In this document: one piece after another, positions 36,443-45,968 of the stretch
How positions within the stretch are numbered: the stretch's first letter is position 1
Layout: every line of letters starts with the position of its first letter
NCBI GenBank assembly: GCA_045628895.1
Contig: JAZQQD010000135.1
Span: 1-62,974, forward strand
Source: Faecousia sp.
Lineage (GTDB): Bacteria > Bacillota > Clostridia > Oscillospirales > Oscillospiraceae
DNA length: 62,974 nt
Direction: 5' to 3'
The notes under the pieces: generated by a model
The model's input: the letters and a program-made list of their open reading frames with translations, nothing else
Database searches by the model: none
What the model was told of the DNA's origin: nothing
Translations under genes and position numbers: made by a program

Positions 36443-38572
36443 TCAGACCTTCTTTCTCATGCAGCAGCGGGTCGCATTATATGCCGGGAAACCGGAATAA
36501 GGATCCACATGGGTGGAGGACATCAGACTGTTGACATCCGCCTCGGAATATCCGTGGTAGAAGAACACACAGCCCTTCTGAATACGGCTGCTGGGATGCA
36601 CCTTGACGGTGATTGTGCCTCTGGGAGTGGAAATCTCCACATCGTCATTCTCCTTCAGAGACAGCTGCTTTGCATCCTCCACAGAGATTTCCGCTGTGGG
36701 ATTCGGGCGCAGGGAGCGCAGCCATTTCACATCGTGCAGGCGGGAGTGGAGCGCATTGGGCAGACGTCCGCCGGAGCAGAGCATCAGAGGATACTGCTCA
36801 GGATCCGCATCATCCAGCGGAGACACATAAGTAGGCAGCGGATCCAGATTCCATTCGGGATGGGAAGCAATGAGCTCGGAATACAGCTCGAATTTACCGG
36901 TTGCGGTATTAAGGCCGTTTTCCCGCTTGACCCCGGGGACATAGGGACGGAAGTTCGGAACCTTCACCGGCACACCGGCTGCCTTCAGTTCCGCAACGGT
37001 GATGCCCACAGGCTCCAGAATGGTATCGATATTCTTCTCATATCCGGCCTCCAGTTCGCTATCGCCCAGCTGCATACGGATGGCCAGATCACAAATGATC
37101 TCTACATCGGACTTGCACTCCCCCACCCGATCGATGGCAGGCTGGGTAAACCATGCAAACCCGCCGGGATAGGTTTCCAGCTCTCCCCGCTCCAGAGAAC
37201 TGCACACAGGCAGGACAATATCTGCCAGCTTGCAGGTATCGGTGAGGAACAGGTCGGCATTGACGAAGAAGTCCAGCTTCTTCAGAGCTTCCACGGTTTT
37301 GCCGTCCTCAGGCAGCATTCGGAAGTTCACGCCCATGCCGAAAACAGCCTTCACGGGATAGGGCTTTTCCTCCAGAATCTGGCGGGTCAGATCCACGGTC
37401 TGCATCTCCCGTTCGGTGTGGAACCACAGGGGGAACCGCTCCTCGCCTACGGCAGGTTTCGTGTGTTCCGGCTCGGTGGCATCCATCCACTCCTCTTCGG
37501 CGGTTTCATAACCGGCAAACTGGTGGGTGAAGGTATGCTTGGAGGGAACCTGTCCGCCTGCCCGGTCGTAGTTGCCGGTGAGCGCAGACAGCGCCATAAT
37601 CGCACGGTAATTCTGCAGGCCGTTGCGATGATGGGGAATGGGGGCGCTGTTTTCCTGAATTGCCATTGCCTTGCTGTCCCGAATCATTTCGCAGGCCTTC
37701 AGCACATCGGCAAAGGGAACACCGGTAAGCTGCTCCACATTGCTCTCGTCAAAGTTTGCGGCATAGGCGGCATACTCGGCAAAGCCGTGAACGTGCTTGT
37801 CGATAAACTCTTTATCGATCCAGCCGTTTTGGATCAGGGTGTTGCCGATGCACAACGCCAGAGCACCGTCGGTACCGGGATAGGGACGCAGATGCAGATC
37901 TGCCAGCTTCTCCACAGTGGGGGTCACCCGGGGATCCACAATGATAAATTTCACGCCGGCGGCCTTGCGCTGCTCGGCAGCTCTGGCAGCCAGATAATTG
38001 GAATGATAGGGGTTGTAGGCCCAGCCCAGATACAGGTCGCAGTTGGGCATATCGGGGCGTGCGCCCTGACCGGCGGCAACCTTCCATGCCATCCAGCCTG
38101 CGGTCATACAGGTAGAGGATTCGGTGCCATAGTTGAAGGTGCCGAAGCTATGGGCAAAGCGGCGAAGCCAGGGGCGATACCACTTGTTGTAGCCGCCAAA
38201 GAAGGCAACGGCATCCGCACCGTCTTCCTGCCGGATCTTCAGCAGTTTTTCTGCGATTTCCTTATACGCTTCTTCCCAGCTGATAGGCTCGAACTTACCC
38301 TCACCCCGCTCACCTACCCGGCGCAGAGGGGTCTTGATTCGGTCTTCCCGGTAAACAAAGGCACGGTTTGCCTGACCCTTGGTGCAGAGCAGGCCCTTGT
38401 TGCGGGGGTGGCAGGCCATACCCTCCACCTTCAGGAGCTTACCGTCCTTGACATAGGCATCGATACCACAGTTATTGGAGGGGCTGCAGATGGCGCAGAC
38501 CGTATGCTTCACTTCAATACCCGTTTCAGCGCAGGGAATCTTGGCCTTGAGCAGTTGTTCCAAATTATCCAC
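36443..38572 (-). CDS. Mo/W-bisPGD oxidoreductase catalytic subunit (DMSO reductase family), cytoplasmic
   Basis: CAICSPSNNC...LCTKG FeS motif, R-GERGEGKF-ISWEEA, ESSTC candidate metal ligand, ADIVLP; no Tat signal; GTG start. Confidence 0.9.
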   Translation of the reverse strand: MDNLEQLLKAKIPCAETGIEVKHTVCAICSPSNNCGIDAYVKDGKLLKVEGMACHPRNKGLLCTKGQANRAFVYREDRIKTPLRRVGERGEGKFEPISWEEAYKEIAEKLLKIRQEDGADAVAFFGGYNKWYRPWLRRFAHSFGTFNYGTESSTCMTAGWMAWKVAAGQGARPDMPNCDLYLGWAYNPYHSNYLAARAAEQRKAAGVKFIIVDPRVTPTVEKLADLHLRPYPGTDGALALCIGNTLIQNGWIDKEFIDKHVHGFAEYAAYAANFDESNVEQLTGVPFADVLKACEMIRDSKAMAIQENSAPIPHHRNGLQNYRAIMALSALTGNYDRAGGQVPSKHTFTHQFAGYETAEEEWMDATEPEHTKPAVGEERFPLWFHTEREMQTVDLTRQILEEKPYPVKAVFGMGVNFRMLPEDGKTVEALKKLDFFVNADLFLTDTCKLADIVLPVCSSLERGELETYPGGFAWFTQPAIDRVGECKSDVEIICDLAIRMQLGDSELEAGYEKNIDTILEPVGITVAELKAAGVPVKVPNFRPYVPGVKRENGLNTATGKFELYSELIASHPEWNLDPLPTYVSPLDDADPEQYPLMLCSGGRLPNALHSRLHDVKWLRSLRPNPTAEISVEDAKQLSLKENDDVEISTPRGTITVKVHPSSRIQKGCVFFYHGYSEADVNSLMSSTHVDPYSGFPAYNATRCCMRKKV

Positions 38573-39824
38573 GGAGTGCCGCCTCCAATCTTTCGATGAA
38601 TTCTTCGGAGATACCTGCCTGTTTCAGCTTTGCCAGCTGATAGTTGGGCAGATCCTCGTGATCTCCGGCAAAGAGCCGCAGCATGTAATTCTTCACGATG
38701 CCGCTGATGCGGGCACTGTCCAGAATATTTGCGCCGGCAATCTTTCCATCCGCTACAATCACGCGGATATACAGTCCCTCATCGGGATTGCCGGTCTCCA
38801 GCACCTCACCGCTGATGCGGTTGTCACCGAAGCCGATGAAATCCATATCCATAAAATGGGTAATATTATGCAGGATATTGCCGTCAAATTCTGCGTTGCC
38901 GCCGGCCATATTGATGCCTGCGGTATGTCCCTGATGGTTGGCATTTGCCCACAGGCCGATGATCATATTCTGGCCGCTCTGCAGGTTGCCGCCCTCGCAG
39001 CAGTCGCCTGCGGCATAGATGCCTGGAGCAGAGGTTTCCATTCGATGGTTGACGGTAATACCGCGGACAATATCCACTTCACCCTGCACCACGCCGGTTG
39101 CGGCACGGGTGCCGATGCAAAGTGCCACCAGATCAGTCTGCACTTCCCTGCCGTCGGTCATAACGGCAATCTTTACACCGTCTCTGACCTCCATATGATC
39201 AATGGAAACGCCATAGCTCTGCAGAACGCCCTTGGCTTCCACACGCTTTTCAATAATCTCTGAGACCTCGGGATATGCCGCCAGGGGGAAGATGTGCTTG
39301 GCAAGGTCTGCCAGAACCACCTTCACGCCGAACTTGGTCAGCACCTCTACCACCTTGATACCGGCCATGGATGCACCAACCACAACGGCGGTTTTTACAT
39401 CGCCCTTTTCCAGGCGCTCCTTCAGGCGGTCCGCATCAAAGACAGTACGCATGACGAAGGCATCCTCTTTCTCCAGGCCCTTGATGGGGGGAGCAAAAGC
39501 GGTTGCGCCGGTGGCAATGAGAATTTTATCATAAACTTCGCTTCCCGTCTCCGTTTCCACGGAGCGGTCGGCTGCATGAACCTTCACAACACGCTGATGA
39601 CGGAACTGAATTCCGAATTGCTCGGTGATCTTGGCAAGATCACCGTAAGGGAACATGCCGTCCCTTTTCAGCTTTCCGCAGGCGTAATAGGTTGTGAGCA
39701 TGGGATTATAGGGTGCCAGACCGGTATCGCCGTAGACATCGATGGTGCCTTCGGTATCCAGTTGACGAATGGCTTCTACCGCATGATAGCCTGCGGTGCC
39801 GAAACCAACAATAGCATAGCGCAC
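38565..39824 (-). CDS. FAD/NAD(P)H-dependent pyridine nucleotide oxidoreductase
   Basis: AIVGFGTAG, YDKILIATGA, VVVGASMAG, TSAPGIYAAGDC motifs; GTG start after AAGGAGG. Confidence 0.88.
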   Translation of the reverse strand: MRYAIVGFGTAGYHAVEAIRQLDTEGTIDVYGDTGLAPYNPMLTTYYACGKLKRDGMFPYGDLAKITEQFGIQFRHQRVVKVHAADRSVETETGSEVYDKILIATGATAFAPPIKGLEKEDAFVMRTVFDADRLKERLEKGDVKTAVVVGASMAGIKVVEVLTKFGVKVVLADLAKHIFPLAAYPEVSEIIEKRVEAKGVLQSYGVSIDHMEVRDGVKIAVMTDGREVQTDLVALCIGTRAATGVVQGEVDIVRGITVNHRMETSAPGIYAAGDCCEGGNLQSGQNMIIGLWANANHQGHTAGINMAGGNAEFDGNILHNITHFMDMDFIGFGDNRISGEVLETGNPDEGLYIRVIVADGKIAGANILDSARISGIVKNYMLRLFAGDHEDLPNYQLAKLKQAGISEEFIERLEAALRG

Positions 39825-39937
39825 AAACCAGCCCTCCTTTTTCATGATTTTCAGGAAAATAAGCAAAATGGTTGCCGATAAAAACCGGCAACCATTCCTT
39901 ACCTATATTGCATTGCCGTTTTCAGATAAATCTGAAC

Positions 39938-41245
39938 TTATTTTGCAGCCTTGTCAGCGTCCTTGAAGTTCTTGTAACGAACCAGCATAACAATGGCAGC
40001 AACAGCGATGAAGATGCCCATGCCAATGAACTGCGTAGCGGTCAGGCCGGACAGGCTGACATAGGAGGACAGAGCCAGAACGATGAAGACCAGCACTAGG
40101 ACACCCTTCAGGGTCTTGGGGTTCATCTTCAGGGTGGACTTCTCATAGACAGCGGGGAACAGATCGGGCAGACGGAAGCAGGCAATAACCATCAGCAGGT
40201 CGGTCAGCTTGGAGCAGCCGGTACCCATGTTGGAGATGTCAGCAGTGTTCATGCCGGTGAGAACAGGGATCAGACCAACAACAACGAAGAAGCCCAGCAG
40301 AACAATGGGAGCGCCGTTCTTGTTTTCCTTGCCCCAAGAAGCAGGCAGCCAACCATCGAAAGAAGCTCTCTGCAGGCCACGGGTAACCCAGGACAGGGTG
40401 CCGTTCAGAGTGGTCAGCAGAGCAAACCATGCACCGCCGATGACGAAGAACAGATATACGGGAGCGGGGAAAATCTCCTTAGCAACAACGGAGATGTTCT
40501 TGCCTGCGACCTGCTCCAGAGGCAGGACACCGGCAGCAACAAAGCCAACCAGAGCATAGAAAGCAGCAACCAGGATGGTGGAAACAACCATTGCCTTGGG
40601 AATGGTCTTGCCGGGGTTCTCAACTTCGCCGCCGTTTTCAGCCAGGAACTTAGCACCGCCGCAAGCGAAGGACAGCATAACAGCGCCGCGCAGGAAGCTC
40701 ATGGTGCCGTGGGGCATCAGGTTCTCCATGGTGGGAGTCAGCATATCCCACTGAACCTTGGGCAGACCGAAGAGGATGTAGACAGCAAGGGAGACCAGCA
40801 GCAGGCCAACCATGCCCTTCTGGACCTTAGCAGAGGTCTTCAGGCCGATGAGGTTGACGCCTGCAGCAGCCAGGATTGCCAGAGAAGCAACCAGCTTCTG
40901 GTTCACATTGGGGAAGATTGCAGCAACATAGCTTGCAAAGCCCAGTGCGAAGGTTGCAATCAGCACCTGAGACAGTACAAACATCATCAGGTAAACGAAG
41001 GATGCACGGGGTCCGATCAGGCGCTTTGCGTAAACATAGCTGCCGCCGGTGGCAGGCATTGCGGAACCCAGGATTGCCATAGGAATCAGCTGGATCAGGG
41101 AAATGATGGCTGCAAGGAAGAATGCATAAGGCATACCATGGCCGGTCATGCCCATAACCACGCCGGTCAGGACAAAGACACCGGAACCGACGATCTGACC
41201 AATGCAGAAGCTCATGCAGTCGGTGAAGTTCAATTTCTTGTTCAT
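39938..41245 (-). CDS. APC-family amino acid permease
   Basis: IGQIVGSGVF, P-TGGSY-YA, GEVENPGKTIPKA motifs. Confidence 0.9.
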   Translation of the reverse strand: MNKKLNFTDCMSFCIGQIVGSGVFVLTGVVMGMTGHGMPYAFFLAAIISLIQLIPMAILGSAMPATGGSYVYAKRLIGPRASFVYLMMFVLSQVLIATFALGFASYVAAIFPNVNQKLVASLAILAAAGVNLIGLKTSAKVQKGMVGLLLVSLAVYILFGLPKVQWDMLTPTMENLMPHGTMSFLRGAVMLSFACGGAKFLAENGGEVENPGKTIPKAMVVSTILVAAFYALVGFVAAGVLPLEQVAGKNISVVAKEIFPAPVYLFFVIGGAWFALLTTLNGTLSWVTRGLQRASFDGWLPASWGKENKNGAPIVLLGFFVVVGLIPVLTGMNTADISNMGTGCSKLTDLLMVIACFRLPDLFPAVYEKSTLKMNPKTLKGVLVLVFIVLALSSYVSLSGLTATQFIGMGIFIAVAAIVMLVRYKNFKDADKAAK

Positions 41246-41264
41246 TACTTCTTTTCTACCTTTC

Positions 41265-42431
41265 TTATAAAGATTTTACATATTTTGCCATAGCCTCCAG
41301 GCCCTTATCCAAGGTCTGGCGGGGACAGCCAATGTTGAAACGGATGAAGTTCTCAGCATTGCCGTAGACAGAACCGTCGCCTACTGCCACGCCATAGCCC
41401 TTCACCAGGTCTGCGGTTACCTGCGTACCGCTCTTGCCCAGGCCGCTGCAATCCAGCCACATGAGGTAAGTACCCTCCGGCTTTACTGCCTTGATGCCGG
41501 GAACATTCTTTTCCAGATATTCTACAACATAATCAGCGCTCTCAGTGAGATAAGCATTCATCTCATCGACCCACTGATCACCATAGGTGTAGCAGGCTTC
41601 GATCGCAGCGGAAGCCAGGCAGTTGGGTCCCATGATCCATGCATCCCGCATAGCGCCTTCCAGCTTTGCCTTATTGGCAGGATCGGGAATGATGTTGCAG
41701 GAGGACTCCAGACCGGCCATATTAAAGGTCTTGCTGATAGCGGTGTAGACGATCATCTTGGAGGAATAGATATCTGCAAATTTTGCAGCGGAGGTATAAT
41801 GGCCGCCATTCAGCACCACATCGCCGTGGATCTCATCAGAGAACAGCCACACATCATACTGCTTGCACAGCTCCACGATGCGCTGCACCTCTTCTTCACT
41901 CCAAACATTGCCGGTGGGGTTATGGGGGTTGCAGAAGATCATAGCCTTGACACCGTCAGCCAGCTTCTGCTCCAGATCCGTCCAGTTGATGCTGTACTCG
42001 TTATTTTCATAAGTCAGGGGGCAATCCACCTTCTCACGATCCTGATTGTTGATAACCGCAAAGAAGGGATCATACACAGGAGTGAACACCAGAACCTTGT
42101 CGCCGGGCTTGGTGAAAGCGCGGATGGAGAACCAGATGGAGGTCACCACGCCATGTGCTGCGGAATAAGCACTCAAGGGAAGGTTGACACCGTGACGGCG
42201 TTCATACCAGCCTGCCACAGCCTTGTAAACACGCTCGGAAACAAAGGAATAGCCAAACAGAGCGTGATCGATTCTCTTGTGCATAGCCTGAACCGCTTCC
42301 GGCAGAGTCGCAAAATCCGTGTCTGCGATCCAGAAGGGCACGAGGCCGCTTGCCTGACCGAATTTCAGCTGCTTCTCCCACTTAAGGCAATCAGAACCAA
42401 TACGGTCGTGTACCTGACCAAAATCGTACAT
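41265..42431 (-). CDS. PLP-dependent C-S beta-lyase, MalY/PatB family
   Basis: P-WIADTDF, CNPHNPTG-VW, SDEIH-D, SKTFN-AGL, PEGTYL-WLD motifs. Confidence 0.92.
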   Translation of the reverse strand: MYDFGQVHDRIGSDCLKWEKQLKFGQASGLVPFWIADTDFATLPEAVQAMHKRIDHALFGYSFVSERVYKAVAGWYERRHGVNLPLSAYSAAHGVVTSIWFSIRAFTKPGDKVLVFTPVYDPFFAVINNQDREKVDCPLTYENNEYSINWTDLEQKLADGVKAMIFCNPHNPTGNVWSEEEVQRIVELCKQYDVWLFSDEIHGDVVLNGGHYTSAAKFADIYSSKMIVYTAISKTFNMAGLESSCNIIPDPANKAKLEGAMRDAWIMGPNCLASAAIEACYTYGDQWVDEMNAYLTESADYVVEYLEKNVPGIKAVKPEGTYLMWLDCSGLGKSGTQVTADLVKGYGVAVGDGSVYGNAENFIRFNIGCPRQTLDKGLEAMAKYVKSL

Positions 42432-42506
42432 TTCTATCTACCTCCAGCAATTTGTAATCGGTATAACTTTACCTGAATCCATTATATGATAATTTATTTA
42501 TTTGTC

Positions 42507-42533
42507 AATAATTTATTATCAGAATAAATTATT
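42507..42533. promoter_or_regulatory. Candidate operator for the YheO-like regulator
   Basis: AATAATTTATT-ATCAG-AATAAATTATT inverted repeat; extra ATAATTTATT copies at 42489 and 42656. Confidence 0.4.
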
Positions 42534-42698
42534 ATTATAAACATGCACAAAGGGCGCTATCTATAATTGTATATTTTGTAAAAATACTGCACCATTACTT
42601 TGGTTTTCTGCGAATATACTTGCAACCATTCATAGAAAATGGTATAATCCAGATAATAATTTATTTTCGTAATGCCAATCATGAAAGGATCTGTACGC

Positions 42699-43373
42699 AT
42701 GGGAATGCATCCGATTATCGCGCAATACTGTAAGCTGGTTCCCTTTTTGGGCGCTGCTTTGGGCCCGGATTATGAAATCGCGCTTCAGGATCTGACTCAG
42801 GGCAACTACTGCATCGTTGCCATCGCCAACGGTCATAACTCCGGCCGTGAAGTTGGCGCGCCGTTGACAACCAAGGCTCTTGGCTTCGTCGAAAGTAAAA
42901 TATATCAGACCACAGATTCCATTCTCGGCTATCGCGGCGTCACTCTGAAAAACGCTCCCACCAATTCCTCCACCATGTTTATCAAGGATGAGGACGGCAC
43001 ATTGCTGGGAATGCTGTGCATCAATTACAATCTGAATCACTGCACCGAGACTCTGCAAAAGGTTCTGGAGCTTTGCAATCTTACTCTGGACAATCCCATT
43101 CTGCCTGCCCCCTCTTCCGAACCCGCAACAGCCGCCGCATCGGAACAGCCGGAAATCTTCTCCGGAAGTGTTGCCGACCTCATTGACAGCATTCTGGAGC
43201 GCAATCTGGAACCTGGCATCACGCCGGATCGGTTGAATCAGGCGGAGAAGATCCAGATCATCAACAAGCTGAAGGAAAACGGTGTATTCTCTGTCAAGGG
43301 TGCTGTGCACGAAGTAGCTGCAAAGCTTTGCTGCTCCGAACCTACAATCTACCGATACTTGAAGAATGTATAA
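42699..43373 (+). CDS. YheO/DauR-like PAS-HTH transcriptional regulator
   Basis: LG-DYEIALQDL, IANGHNSGR-VGAP, SSTMFI, GMLCIN, GVFSVKGAV-EVA-L-S-PTIYRYL motifs. Confidence 0.9.
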   Translation: MGMHPIIAQYCKLVPFLGAALGPDYEIALQDLTQGNYCIVAIANGHNSGREVGAPLTTKALGFVESKIYQTTDSILGYRGVTLKNAPTNSSTMFIKDEDGTLLGMLCINYNLNHCTETLQKVLELCNLTLDNPILPAPSSEPATAAASEQPEIFSGSVADLIDSILERNLEPGITPDRLNQAEKIQIINKLKENGVFSVKGAVHEVAAKLCCSEPTIYRYLKNV

Positions 43374-43390
43374 TAATTTGTACCGCAAAT

Positions 43391-43429
43391 AAAAAAGCAG
43401 GGACTCTTGAAAAGAAGTCCCTGCTTTTT
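43391..43429. terminator. Bidirectional terminator
   Basis: AAAAAAGCAGGGACT...AGTCCCTGCTTTTT between convergent genes. Confidence 0.75.
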
Positions 43430-43440
43430 CTATTGTTCCC

Positions 43441-44283
43441 TTACACGCCGGAATAGGCTGCAAAGCCGGCATCGATGGGCAGCACCACACCGGTAATGGC
43501 GGAAGCGGCCTTGTCATCACACAGGAAGAACACGCCGCCCAGCAGCTCTTCGGCATCCACAAAGCGACCCATGGGAGTGCCGGTTAGGATCTTTGCGGTA
43601 CGGGCAGTGGGAGTGCCATCGGGATTGAAAAGAAGATTCCGGTTCTGGTTGGAAACCAGGAAGCCAGGAGCGATAGCATTGGCACGAATTCCGGTTCCTG
43701 CAAAGTGGGTTGCCAGCCACTGGGTAAAGTTGGAAATACCTGCCTTGGCTGCGGAATAAGCAGGAATCTTGGTCAGAGGAGTATAGGCATTCATGGAAGA
43801 GATATTCAGGATGCAGCCGCTCTTCCGCTCCACCATGTCCTTTGCAAAGGTCTGAGTCGGCAGCAGGGTGCCCTGGAAATTCAGCTTGAACACAAAGTCC
43901 ACACCGCTTGCATCCAGATCGAAGAAGGTTTTCTGGCCTTCCTTGGCTTCATGCTGATACTCATTGTCGGTGGTGGCCCGGGCATTATTGCCGCCGGCAC
44001 CGTTAATAAGGATATCGCAGGGGCCGAGATCACGGAGAACCTGCTGATGAACCGCTTCCAGAGATTCCGGCTCCAGCACATTTACCTTGTAGCCCTCCAG
44101 AATGTAGCCCTCGGCTTTCACTTCGGCAGACAGCTTCTTGACGGCTTCTTCGTTGAGGTCTAAAGCAGCGACCTTGGCACCAGCCTGGGCAAAGGCTCTT
44201 GCCATGACGGAGCAAAGCACGCCGCCCGCACCGGTGATAACTACTACCTTACCGGTAAAATCGATATTCAGAGGTAAATTCAT
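43441..44283 (-). CDS. uxuB: SDR-type D-mannonate oxidoreductase
   Basis: TGAGGVLC, INGAGGN, PLTKIPAYSAAKA motifs; in the uxuA/uxaC cluster. Confidence 0.85.
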   Translation of the reverse strand: MNLPLNIDFTGKVVVITGAGGVLCSVMARAFAQAGAKVAALDLNEEAVKKLSAEVKAEGYILEGYKVNVLEPESLEAVHQQVLRDLGPCDILINGAGGNNARATTDNEYQHEAKEGQKTFFDLDASGVDFVFKLNFQGTLLPTQTFAKDMVERKSGCILNISSMNAYTPLTKIPAYSAAKAGISNFTQWLATHFAGTGIRANAIAPGFLVSNQNRNLLFNPDGTPTARTAKILTGTPMGRFVDAEELLGGVFFLCDDKAASAITGVVLPIDAGFAAYSGV

Positions 44284-44357
44284 AGGAGTATTCCTTTCTA
44301 TTATAGCTGTTTATTGCAAATCTTGGGATTTATACCGCACAAAATAGGGCCACCGTC

Positions 44358-44573
44358 GTAGGGGCGGATATCATCCGCCCGGCGGAACACCCTACGTTTT
44401 CAGATATTTGCGGCGTAATGGTACCGTGTTCGTTTACACATTGGTTTATTCCGTATTTTGGTTCCTTCTGTGCGGGCGAGCAATGCTCGCCCCTACGGGA
44501 AGTGCTACGTTTTCGCATTGGATTTTCAGAAATCCCAGGCTCCCCTGCACGGGCGGATAATATCCGCCCCTAC
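44358..44573. repeat. Cluster of three GTAG-type REP palindromes
   Basis: GTAGGGGCGGATATCATCCGCCC (44358-44380) and two inverted copies ending CCCCTAC (44474-44496, 44551-44573). Confidence 0.8.
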
Positions 44574-44588
44574 GAGCCCAGAAGATTT

Positions 44589-45968
44589 TTAAGCTTGCAA
44601 AAATCCGAAATAATTCACGGTGTTGTGATAGCAGATATCTTCCACCATTTTATTTAGGGTTTCTTCGTCATTCGGGTATCTGCCTTCCTCCACCCATTTG
44701 CCCAAGAGATTGCACAGTACCCGGCGGAAATACTCATGGCGGGTGTAGCTCAACAGACTCCGGGAATCCGTCAGCATACCTACGAAACGGGCAAGGACAC
44801 CGTTGGAAGCCAGATCGGTAAGTTGGGTTTCCATGCCGGGGATATGGTCATTGAACCACCATGCGCTGCCCATCTGCACATTCCGGAAGCAGGCGGCAAC
44901 GGTCTGCACGGCGGTGTTGTCCACGGGGTTCAGAGAGTAGAGAATCATCTTGGGCAAGCCCTGATTTTCCAGAAAGGCATTCAGCAGGGGGCCGAGGTTC
45001 TCTGCACCGGATGTCACATTCACCGCATCATACCCGGTATCGGCACCCAAAGCACCGTACATAGGCTTATTCACATTACGAAGGCAGCCGAAGTGGATCT
45101 GCATGACCATGCCCTTTTCTGCATACTTCTTGGCACAAGCCACGGTAACAAAAGTTTTGAATCCGTCCATTTCTGCTTTCGTTGCTTTCTCGCCCTTTTT
45201 TACCTTTTGGAGAGCAATGTCCGCAAGGGATACATCCCCAAACATGCAATAGTCCATGCCATGATCGGCAGCCACAGCACCGTGATCGTGGAAGAAATCG
45301 ATACGGGTGATCAGGGCATCCGCCACATCCTGCGCGGTTTCCACGGCCTTTCCCACCGTTTCAGAAAGGCGAGCCATGGCAGGCAGGAAGGTATCCTTCT
45401 CGATATTGATGTAGGCATCCGGGCGGAAGGCAGGCAAAACCTGCACATCCATTTCTGAATCCCTTTTGATTGCCTCGTGCCAATGAAGGTCATCGCAGGG
45501 ATCATCGGTGGTGCAAAGGGCTTTGACACCGAACTTATGCATCATATCCCGGGGCGTGGTGGTTGCCAGAACGGCATTGCACTTTTCATAGATTCCCTCA
45601 GCGTTGGCAGTGGTCAGAGGCTCGGTAATGCCGAATCCCCTTTGCAGCTCCAAGTGGCTCCAATGGTAGATAGGGTTGCCGATGAGCTGGGGCAAAACAG
45701 CGGCAAAAGCCTTGAATTTTTCCAAGCCGGAGGCATTGCCCGTAACCAGTTCCTCAGGAATGCCGGCACCCCGCATAACACGCCACTTATAGTGGTCGCC
45801 ACCCAGCCAGACCTCGGCAATATCCCGCAGAGGTTTATTTTCCGCAATCTGCTTTGGACTGATGTGGCAATGGTAGTCGATGATAGGCATCTTCTCTGCC
45901 GCATTATGATAGAGCTTCTTTGCCGTTTCTGTAGTCAGCAGGAAGTCCGCGTCCATAAAGGGTCTCAT
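44589..45968 (-). CDS. uxaC: Glucuronate isomerase
   Basis: PIIDYHCH, GDHYKWR, GNPIYHWSHLEL, AWWFNDH, GMLTDSRS-LSY-RHEYFRR motifs. Confidence 0.96.
   Translation of the reverse strand: MRPFMDADFLLTTETAKKLYHNAAEKMPIIDYHCHISPKQIAENKPLRDIAEVWLGGDHYKWRVMRGAGIPEELVTGNASGLEKFKAFAAVLPQLIGNPIYHWSHLELQRGFGITEPLTTANAEGIYEKCNAVLATTTPRDMMHKFGVKALCTTDDPCDDLHWHEAIKRDSEMDVQVLPAFRPDAYINIEKDTFLPAMARLSETVGKAVETAQDVADALITRIDFFHDHGAVAADHGMDYCMFGDVSLADIALQKVKKGEKATKAEMDGFKTFVTVACAKKYAEKGMVMQIHFGCLRNVNKPMYGALGADTGYDAVNVTSGAENLGPLLNAFLENQGLPKMILYSLNPVDNTAVQTVAACFRNVQMGSAWWFNDHIPGMETQLTDLASNGVLARFVGMLTDSRSLLSYTRHEYFRRVLCNLLGKWVEEGRYPNDEETLNKMVEDICYHNTVNYFGFLQA

Noticed and set aside
36443-38572. Selenocysteine or formate dehydrogenase identity for the Mo enzyme
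   Set aside because: No in-frame TGA, and the candidate ligand region is ESSTCM without the FDH C/U-H motif.
36509-38599. 696-aa plus-strand ORF
   Set aside because: Antisense shadow of the molybdopterin oxidoreductase.
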